Of a stretch of DNA of 64,000 nucleotides, positions 18,978 through 26,599 are shown in pieces. Position numbers and translations under genes: made by a program. This stretch comes from Gammaproteobacteria bacterium (lineage in GTDB: Bacteria > Pseudomonadota > Gammaproteobacteria > UBA9214). The first letter of the stretch is position 1. Every line of letters begins with the position of its first letter. The notes beneath the pieces are model-generated. The model did not search any database, was not told the DNA's origin, and saw only the letters and a list, made by a program, of their open reading frames with translations. The DNA lies in the NCBI GenBank assembly GCA_029860045.1, contig JAOUBY010000003.1:65-64064 (forward strand), written 5' to 3'.

Positions 18978-20261
18978 TTACGCCTTCAGGGTGGTGGTCC
19001 GGCGGCGGCGGACGCCGTTCAGGCCCATGAGACCCATGCCCATGCCCAGCAGGGCGATCGTACCCGGCTCCGGAACCCGCGTGATGCGGAAGGCCTGGTT
19101 GGCATCGGTCTGGAAGATGACATCTTCGCCAGTTAATGGCAAGAAGCACTCCTCCACAGTTCCGCCAGCAACTAGGCAATCATTGAAAGCCTGATTGGTG
19201 GCAGGATCGCCACCATTAAGAAAGTCCTGGGCGGTGAGCACTGTGCCATCAGTCAGAACGATGGTGTCCAGGTCGGCGAAGGTAATTTCCCCTTCCTGCA
19301 GGCAGACCAGGTCGGCACTGCTTGCGCCCGCCGTGTTGTCATAGCAGAACGACGGATTGGTCTCGTTGAAGGGAATCACGTTCTCGGTGCTGAACGTCGT
19401 ATCAAAGAATATCGAAGCAAGCAGATCCTTGAAGAAGGCAAAATCCTGGAAGGCCACTTCCGCCTCGAGGTCGGTGGCGCCCTCACCAGTCACGGTGAAA
19501 GTGATGTCACCGGCCGCTGGCTCGCCTGCCCAGTTGTCGACGCCAAAGGAGTCCAGCAGGGCTGGGTCTAAGATCTGATCGCCGGTGGTGAACAACCCGT
19601 TCCCGTCCAAGTCGACAAAGGTGTACTGAGTGCTCGTAAAATTACCCGAGATATCACCCAGCTGCGAGGAGCTCATGATCAACTGCCCATCGTCAAAGCC
19701 GGTTCCACTCAGGATGTCGGACTTTTGACCTGAGGCATCCCCCAGGTCGTCGTAGTAGAGCTCGAAGAAGATATCCTCCGAAGCGAGGGAGAACGTCTGA
19801 GTGCCTCCAATTTCATATATATCGTTACCGCTACCATCCGTCCCAATAAGAGTGCTGCTGAATGAGGCATCCGTAACCAATTCTGTGCCACCGAAGACAT
19901 AGGTCCATTCCCACAAATTGTTGATGCCAAGGGGGCTACTCGGGTTGCCACCTGCATCGGCATAGCCCTGCAATGCGGCTTGGCTATAGACTTCGAAGCT
20001 GCAATTGGTACCATTCAGGGTGGGGCCAGAAGCACCACAATCACCGCCGCTTGTAATAAAGTCTTCACCGGCCGTCATGGAACCTATCGTCAGGCTGGAC
20101 CCCACCGCCCAGTCAAGGGAGCCGACCTCTTCGTTACCAGTCAGACCGTCGCTACCGGTGAAGTCGATCGTGACTGTATCGGTGGGTTCACCTAACGCCA
20201 GCGCGGAGGTGCTCGCGAGGGCCATTGATACTCCCACGGCCACAAAGGAAATTTTATTCAT
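18978..20261 (-). CDS. PEP-CTERM domain protein (exosortase substrate), secreted
   Basis: Signal peptide MNKISFVAVGVSMALASTSALA. The C-terminus RVPEPGTIALLGMGMGLMGLNGVRRRR is a textbook PEP-CTERM signal (VPEP, TM helix, Arg cluster). AAGGAG RBS. Confidence 0.9.
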   Translation of the reverse strand: MNKISFVAVGVSMALASTSALALGEPTDTVTIDFTGSDGLTGNEEVGSLDWAVGSSLTIGSMTAGEDFITSGGDCGASGPTLNGTNCSFEVYSQAALQGYADAGGNPSSPLGINNLWEWTYVFGGTELVTDASFSSTLIGTDGSGNDIYEIGGTQTFSLASEDIFFELYYDDLGDASGQKSDILSGTGFDDGQLIMSSSQLGDISGNFTSTQYTFVDLDGNGLFTTGDQILDPALLDSFGVDNWAGEPAAGDITFTVTGEGATDLEAEVAFQDFAFFKDLLASIFFDTTFSTENVIPFNETNPSFCYDNTAGASSADLVCLQEGEITFADLDTIVLTDGTVLTAQDFLNGGDPATNQAFNDCLVAGGTVEECFLPLTGEDVIFQTDANQAFRITRVPEPGTIALLGMGMGLMGLNGVRRRRTTTLKA

Positions 20262-20340
20262 TGTCCTTACTCCTTAAAATGTCAGTGCCAGCTTGCATTT
20301 GCTTGTTTGTGTCTGGCGGATTCATGTCTCGCATGTTAAT

Positions 20341-20357
20341 AAGCACGACTCGTGCCA
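20341..20357 (-). promoter_or_regulatory. sigma54 (RpoN) -24/-12 promoter for the PEP-CTERM protein gene
   Basis: Minus-strand TGGCACGagtcGTGCTT: 7/7 match to TGGCACG, canonical GG-N10-GC spacing, -12 GTGCT vs TTGCW. About 85-100 nt upstream of the ATG at 20261; a sigma54 activator (prsR) is encoded in the locus. Confidence 0.6.
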
Positions 20358-21041
20358 GCCTTGTAAATAGCAATAAAAACAGGTGGATGTAAACCGGTAT
20401 CCGGACTGCACAGTATGCTAAGGACGGTAGTTGTAAATAATCATGACAGATGTGCCTGTGAAACGCTTCGCAGGCTACACCACAGGGAATCATCCAGGTG
20501 TCGTTGTCACCAGCCGCTACCGAAAACAGCAGATCTGGTGATCGATCATGTCTGATTGGAAACAGGGATATTACATAACTATCAGAAAATAAAGGGAATT
20601 ACATGGTTTGCCGAGGCTGGTTGCAGCAGGAGACCGAAGAGTGTCGCTCCTCACGACGCCTTCGGAGTGTATAAAAAATTGACATAATCGAGGGAGGTCG
20701 GCCATGCCGCATGGGGTCACAGGGAGTTACCGCAGCGTATTTTGCTTTAGAGCCCGTATATTGTCTCCCCCCCCTCTCTCTCCCCTGGCCGTTACCCGAA
20801 GCCACAGGCTAAAGCCGGTGGAGTATTCACATAAATCAAAGTCGGGAGTCCCGGTTGGCTTCCAGCCAGCTTGCCAGGCTGGAAATTATTCGGTACGTTG
20901 CCGTACGGGGCAGTGCCGCTGTTCGTGTCGTGGGCGGAAGCGCGGCTGTAATCAATATTGACGATTTTCCGCCGCCGGGGCGTCATGCCACCATCGCGGC
21001 CGCATCCGGGCGAACCGCAGAGAGAGGAGGGACCTCAGCGC

Positions 21042-21755
21042 ATGAATCGCACCCCGGGCCGTGAGTATTTCCTCTTCGATACGCTGTTCAACCTGGTAGA
21101 ACTCGGCCTCTATGCCCTGAGCCTCGCGGGGCCGGTGGCACTGCTCTGGGAACTGCGGGGGGCGGGCTTGCCGTGGCTGGTGCTGCTGGCCGTACTCCTG
21201 TGGCCGTTGGCGGGTGTTGTTTTCGGCGCCCTGCTGGTGATTCTTGCGCGGGCGCTGGTCTGGCGATGGCCCCGCGGACGGATGCTGCTGACCAGCCGCC
21301 GGGCCATCGCCTGGTTCGTGCTCGACCGGTTCATGAAGATGATGTATCGGAGCCCGTTTCGCGTGCTACTGGAGGCGAACAACCTGCTGCGCCTGCTGTT
21401 CTACCGGGGCATGGGTGCTGGGCTGGACTGGACCTTCATGGCAGGTCAGGGCGTCAAACTCACCGAACCCTGGCTGGTCAGGCTGGGGCGTAATGTGCTT
21501 TTGGGCGATGGTGCCCACCTTGCCGCCCACAAGGTCGAGGGCAATGTCGTGACGCTGGATGAAATCGAGATCGGTGATGGCACGGTCATTGGCGCCGGGG
21601 CCATTATCTTTCCCGGATGCCGTATAGGCAACAACGTGACGGTGGGCGCCAGGTCGACGGTGAGTCGGGGGACGGTGATACCGGATGGAGAAACCTGGGT
21701 CGGCATCCCGGCGCGGAAACTCGACTACTTCTCTCGTTCTAAATCGCAGGGGTAG
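21042..21755 (+). CDS. Membrane-anchored hexapeptide-repeat (left-handed beta-helix) acyl/acetyltransferase
   Basis: N-terminal hydrophobic helices (LAGPVALLWEL...LVLLAVLLWPLAGVVFGALLVILA) and C-terminal LbH repeats (LGDGAHLAAH...IGDGTVIGAGAIIFPGCRIGNNVTVGARSTV). Start chosen at ATG 21042 with a GGAGGGA RBS; the track start 20958 is a TTG. Confidence 0.7.
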   Translation: MNRTPGREYFLFDTLFNLVELGLYALSLAGPVALLWELRGAGLPWLVLLAVLLWPLAGVVFGALLVILARALVWRWPRGRMLLTSRRAIAWFVLDRFMKMMYRSPFRVLLEANNLLRLLFYRGMGAGLDWTFMAGQGVKLTEPWLVRLGRNVLLGDGAHLAAHKVEGNVVTLDEIEIGDGTVIGAGAIIFPGCRIGNNVTVGARSTVSRGTVIPDGETWVGIPARKLDYFSRSKSQG

Positions 21756-22015
21756 GGTATTCATATTGATCCACCTGACCTTCTGTAACCTGCCGTACCC
21801 TGGTGTCAGGATGAGTATTGCCCTGTCGTCTATCTTCTATACTATCTACCTGTTTGATTGCGTTGATTGTGTGGGCTGCAAGCTGTTTAATAATTCGTTT
21901 TGACGGATGCGGTTCTGTCGGGTGTCATGGTTAGGATGTCGTTCATTGTGAATCTCCTCACGGTATTACCTCCAGTCTGCAAACAACCGGCTCCACTGAT
22001 TTCAGCGCCGCGTCA

Positions 22016-23239
22016 ATGTCAATGATTGTTCTGGCGCTGCGCAATCTGTTTCGGCATTGGAAACGGACGGCCATTGCCCTGGCCGCCATTGGTTTTGGCG
22101 TGATTGCCCTGTTGCTTGCAGGCGGGTTCATCGATTGGATCTTCTGGGGTATGCGGGAGGGGGCTATCCAGTCACGCCTCGGCCATATACAGATCACCCG
22201 CCCCGGCTATTTTGAAACTGGAAGTGCGGATCCTTTTGCGTACCTGCTACCCGATCAGCTAAACGAAGAGGAAATTATCGGGTTGCGGCCCGAGATTCGA
22301 GTAATTACACCACGCTTGGCATTCAACGGCCTGATCAGCCATGGCGATGTCACGATTGGATTTTCCGGCGAAGGTGTGGATCCCGAAAAAGAGGCATCCG
22401 TCAGTCAGCATTTAATCATCACAAAGGGTGAGAACCTTGGCCCGGATGATCCGACAGGCCTGTTGCTGGGTGCCGGGTTGGCTGACAACCTTGGTGTAAC
22501 CGTGGGGGATAGTGTGGTCCTGCTGGCGAATACGGCATCCGGCGGGTTAAGTGGTGTTGAAGGGCCGGTGCGTGGCTTGTTCCAGAGTGCATCGAAGGCA
22601 TTTGATGACGCCGCGTTGCGGGTGCCGGTTGATACTGCCAGAAGCCTGTTGCGGGTCTCCAGTGCCCATAGCTGGGTACTGTTACTGGATGAAACCGAAA
22701 AAACAGATGAGGTTCTGCTGTATCTGCAGGAACGCTTCCCGGTATCGGAAAGCGGTTTGCAGTTCACTCCCTGGTACGCACTGGCCGATTTCTATAACAA
22801 GACAGTTGCCTTGCTCTCCCGGCAAATGAGCGTGGTCCAGCTGATCATCGCCCTCATTATTGTACTCAGTATCTCCAATACCCTGGTGATGAGCGTGCTT
22901 GAAAGAACCGGCGAGACGGGGACGTTGATGGCCATCGGAGTCAGGCGTCGAAGAATATTGCATATGTTTGTTACTGAAGGTCTGTTATTGGGAGTGATAG
23001 GTGGTTTGGGTGGGGTTGCCGTGGGAGGCTTGTTGGCCATGGTCATATCAGCTGTCGGCATCCCGATGCCACCCCCGCCCGGTATGGATGTGGGCTTTAG
23101 CGGGAAGATCCTGCTTAGTTGGCCACTGATTGCCGGAGTGATGGCGCTTGCCATTGGAACAACATTATTGGCGAGCCTCTACCCGGCCTGGAAGGCTTCG
23201 CGCCTGGAGATTGTAAATGCGTTGCGCCATAACCGATAA
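22016..23239 (+). CDS. ABC transporter permease, FtsX/LolC/LolE (MacB-type) family
   Basis: MSMIVLALRNLFRHWKRTAIALAAIGFGVIALLLAGGF N-terminal TM, a large periplasmic domain and three C-terminal TM helices: LolC/E topology. Confidence 0.85.
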   Translation: MSMIVLALRNLFRHWKRTAIALAAIGFGVIALLLAGGFIDWIFWGMREGAIQSRLGHIQITRPGYFETGSADPFAYLLPDQLNEEEIIGLRPEIRVITPRLAFNGLISHGDVTIGFSGEGVDPEKEASVSQHLIITKGENLGPDDPTGLLLGAGLADNLGVTVGDSVVLLANTASGGLSGVEGPVRGLFQSASKAFDDAALRVPVDTARSLLRVSSAHSWVLLLDETEKTDEVLLYLQERFPVSESGLQFTPWYALADFYNKTVALLSRQMSVVQLIIALIIVLSISNTLVMSVLERTGETGTLMAIGVRRRRILHMFVTEGLLLGVIGGLGGVAVGGLLAMVISAVGIPMPPPPGMDVGFSGKILLSWPLIAGVMALAIGTTLLASLYPAWKASRLEIVNALRHNR

Positions 23240-23298
23240 ATCTAACTACGGGACGACATTATGATTTCAGTCCATATTATGAGTGTCAGTTAATTACC

Positions 23299-24510
23299 AT
23301 GTTTCTGCTGGCATTCCGCAGTATTTTCCGTCACAAGGTAAGAACCGGTTTGACCCTTGCCGCTATTATCTTCGGTGTGGGCAGCCTGGTTCTCATCGGC
23401 GGTTTTGTTGAGGACATTTTTATTCAGTTGCAAGAGGCAACAGTTCATTCGCAGCTCGGCCACATTCAGGTCTATCGTTCAGGTTATACAAAGCTGGGGC
23501 GACGCAACCCTTACGGGTATCTGATTGATAAGCCGGAGCAGATATTGGAGTCTGCCGCTGATTTACCCCAGGTGTCAGATCAACTCCTGCGGGTGAAATT
23601 CGCAGGTCTGGCGAATAATGGTCGTGCGGACCTGCCAGTGATAGGGGAAGCTGTCCAGCCTGACAAGGAGGCGCGACTCGGAAGCGCGATGACTATCACC
23701 AGTGGCAGGCAGCTTACCGGTAATGACCCCCACGGTATTCTTGTCGGTCAGGGGGTGGCGGATGCCTTGCAACTCGAGCCGGGTGATTATCTTACCTTGC
23801 TTGTCAACACAACCGACGGTGTACTTAATAGTCATGAGTTCGAGGTGATTGGTATATTCCGGACTTTTGCCCGTGATTATGACAACCGTGCTGTTCGCAT
23901 TTCACTGGTTTCCGGACAGGACCTGATTGGGACCAGTGGAGTGCACAGCGTCGTGCTGTCACTTGACACCACTGAAGCCACGGACTCTGTGGCAAGGGCC
24001 CTGCAACAACAACTCACCCCGCAGGACTATGAAGTAAGAACATGGTATGAGCTTTCCGATTTTTACGGCAAGACAGTTAATCTTTACCGCAGGCAATTTA
24101 CCGTCCTGCAGCTCATCATCCTGTTGATGGTCCTGTTAACCGTGGCAAACAGCGTGAACATGGCGATCTACGAGCGTATCGGGGAATTTGGCACCCTGAA
24201 GGCCCTGGGCGACAGGCAGCGGGATATCTTCCGGCAGGTCATGAAGGAAAATATGCTGCTGGGTCTGCTTGGTGCGGGTTTGGGAGTGGCTATCGGTGTC
24301 GCACTGGCATGGGCGATATCCGGGGTCGGGATAGACATGCCGCCACCGCCGAATTCCGATGTGGGTTATACCGCCTACATTCGCCTGGTTCCCGGGGTGA
24401 TTGCTATGGCCTTCGGGGTTGGCGTTATTGCGACGGTGTGTGCTGCACTGTTACCCGCCTGGCGTGTCTCGCGACTGCCCGTGGCCGAGGCCTTGCGGGA
24501 GAATGTGTGA
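23299..24510 (+). CDS. Second FtsX/LolC/LolE-type ABC permease (tandem paralog)
   Basis: Same architecture as the previous gene (MFLLAFRSIFRHKVRTGLTLAAIIFGVGSLVLIGGF...). Confidence 0.85.
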   Translation: MFLLAFRSIFRHKVRTGLTLAAIIFGVGSLVLIGGFVEDIFIQLQEATVHSQLGHIQVYRSGYTKLGRRNPYGYLIDKPEQILESAADLPQVSDQLLRVKFAGLANNGRADLPVIGEAVQPDKEARLGSAMTITSGRQLTGNDPHGILVGQGVADALQLEPGDYLTLLVNTTDGVLNSHEFEVIGIFRTFARDYDNRAVRISLVSGQDLIGTSGVHSVVLSLDTTEATDSVARALQQQLTPQDYEVRTWYELSDFYGKTVNLYRRQFTVLQLIILLMVLLTVANSVNMAIYERIGEFGTLKALGDRQRDIFRQVMKENMLLGLLGAGLGVAIGVALAWAISGVGIDMPPPPNSDVGYTAYIRLVPGVIAMAFGVGVIATVCAALLPAWRVSRLPVAEALRENV

Positions 24511-24523
24511 GGTCCGAAGGGCG

Positions 24524-25378
24524 CTATCTCGCTAGTTTTTTCAGATAATTCTTGGTAAAGGTCTTGTCCGGCAGCTTGCGCAAGCGCATGCCGCTGTAGT
24601 CCATGACGGAACGGCCTTCCTTGTGCAGGGCATCTTCCATAATGAGTTGGGTCGGACGTATCGTGTTGCCAAAATTCTGGTAGGCCCGGAAGTGGCAGGT
24701 TTTTATCAGCCGGTTGGACAGGGTAAAAAACTCAGCCTTGAAGGGTCTGTAATTGGCCTGATTGACCCAGTAAAGCACGCGGTGGTATGTCACACCTCTG
24801 CGCGACGCCTTCAGTTCGAGTAAGTAATAGTTTTCTTTTCCGATAGTCTCGGTACGCAGCAGGGTGGGTTCATAGTCGCCGGTAAAGTTGGCACGCGCGA
24901 GGTCGCCATTGGCCACTTCGCCGGTGAGCTTTTGTGACAGGGGCAGGCGTACCGGCTGGGACAGGTTGGGGAGGAATGCCCACAGGTCATGATCGCGCAT
25001 GAGTAGAATGGTGCCCTTGTCGATGGCGGGCGCCGTGGTCATCAACAGGGTTCTGTCATTGCCTTTGGACAGTACCCGGTATTGCTTGACCTCGGGGTCG
25101 CGATCGGGCCCGGTGGTGGTGACCTTGATATCGACCTGGAACCCTTCTGCGGGGAAGCGGATCCGGTCCGCCTTTTCCACGATCTGTTGCGGGGTGAACT
25201 TTGCTGCTTTGGCCGCAAATACATGTGATGTCTGCCCGGATAAATTCCAGCACAATACAATTAACACGGCGGCTGCAATCCGCCCGTATCCTGGTAAAGA
25301 GCCTGGCTTGCCAGGCGTAGAGTGTGATTTTCCTGTCACTGTGGGTATCCGTAAAATGGTCAGGCTTGTGTTGCGCAA
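24524..25378 (-). CDS. LolA-like periplasmic outer-membrane lipoprotein-sorting/carrier family protein; start uncertain
   Basis: Signal segment IAAAVLIVLCWNLSGQTSHVFA and a soluble beta-rich domain resembling LolA-like lipoprotein-sorting proteins that commonly sit beside FtsX permease pairs. Convergent with the permease genes. Confidence 0.6.
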   Translation of the reverse strand: MRNTSLTILRIPTVTGKSHSTPGKPGSLPGYGRIAAAVLIVLCWNLSGQTSHVFAAKAAKFTPQQIVEKADRIRFPAEGFQVDIKVTTTGPDRDPEVKQYRVLSKGNDRTLLMTTAPAIDKGTILLMRDHDLWAFLPNLSQPVRLPLSQKLTGEVANGDLARANFTGDYEPTLLRTETIGKENYYLLELKASRRGVTYHRVLYWVNQANYRPFKAEFFTLSNRLIKTCHFRAYQNFGNTIRPTQLIMEDALHKEGRSVMDYSGMRLRKLPDKTFTKNYLKKLAR

Positions 25379-25804
25379 TAGTATACCTATAGTCCTTTCT
25401 GCCAGAATAAAGTTTCACGCAGAAAGCTGTTCCATTACGACCATCAGAAGACCGACATAATTTTGACCACACCGGAACGCGCTGTGGCCAAGAGAACCGG
25501 TATCCCTTCCTGCGGCTTTTATTGCTTGGTTGTGCGTGTCCCATTGCGCGGCACGGATATTTTATTAGCTTGAAGTTACAGCTGCCCGGGATGGGTATTC
25601 GCCTGCTGGCGTGAAGGTTGGGGTAATATAGCTTCCGGTGTGAATACGGGCATATTTTCATCCATTACACATCTGTTCCGGATGCCAATTATGTGTATTA
25701 TGCTGGACCTCACAGTTACATCTTCCCAAACAGGTTTTAATCAACACAAGTTATTTCAGTATGCATACTGCAGGTGAATCTATCAGTGCATTCAAAGGGC
25801 GACG

Positions 25805-26485
25805 ATGCTGAGTGACTTCCTGGTAAGTGTTAAGAAGGTCTCCAAGGAATATGCCTTCGGCAAACAGAAAGTACAGGCGCTCAGGGAGGTCTCCCTGGCC
25901 GTGCTCGGTGGCGAGTTTCTGGCGATTGCAGGGCCCTCCGGCAGCGGTAAGTCGACCCTTCTGAATCTGATCGGCTGTATTGATACGCCAACAACCGGCT
26001 CTATTTCTATAGAGAATCAGGAAACCGTTAACCAGACGCCCGACCAGTTGGCAGACCTGCGTGCCCGAAAAATCGGCTTCATATTCCAGACGTTCAATCT
26101 GTTACCGGTACTTTCCGCGTTTGAAAACGTGGAATACCCGCTGCTTCGCCTTAAACTGGACAAGACAGAACGGCATCAGCGCGTGTCTCAATATCTTGAA
26201 CTCGTCGGGGTGAACGAGTTTGCAACACACCGGCCTAACCAGCTAAGTGGCGGTCAGCGACAGAGAGTCGCCATAGCCAGGGCATTGATTGCCCAACCCA
26301 GTATTGTCCTGGCCGACGAACCAACGGCCAACCTCGATCACAGGACGGGCGAGGGTATCCTCGACCTGATGTCGCGTATCAACCGGGACAATGGCACGAC
26401 CTTTATCTTTTCCACACATGACGCCCGGGTGATCGAGATGGCCGGCCGGGTGGTCAGGCTAAGCGATGGTGAAATTGTTCAGTAA
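25805..26485 (+). CDS. ABC transporter ATP-binding protein (LolD/MacB-type ATPase)
   Basis: Walker A GPSGSGKST, ABC signature LSGGQRQRVAIARAL, Walker B ILLADEPT; 226 aa. Confidence 0.9.
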   Translation: MLSDFLVSVKKVSKEYAFGKQKVQALREVSLAVLGGEFLAIAGPSGSGKSTLLNLIGCIDTPTTGSISIENQETVNQTPDQLADLRARKIGFIFQTFNLLPVLSAFENVEYPLLRLKLDKTERHQRVSQYLELVGVNEFATHRPNQLSGGQRQRVAIARALIAQPSIVLADEPTANLDHRTGEGILDLMSRINRDNGTTFIFSTHDARVIEMAGRVVRLSDGEIVQ

Positions 26486-26599
26486 TATTGTGCAGATGTC
26501 AGGAGATTGCTTCGTCGCTTTGCTCCTCGCAATGACCGGAATAACCGGGAGCCTGTAACGGATAGCTGCATCCGCATGCGCGGCCTTTGAATTACTGCT

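Noticed and set aside
20704-20961. 85-aa Cys/Arg-rich ORF with a strong GAGGGAGG RBS and an upstream TTGACA
   Set aside because: No recognisable family and no -10 element at the right spacing. Its sequence overlaps the putative enhancer and promoter region. Small ORFs of this size arise by chance in GC-rich DNA. Kept only as a low-probability small-protein candidate.
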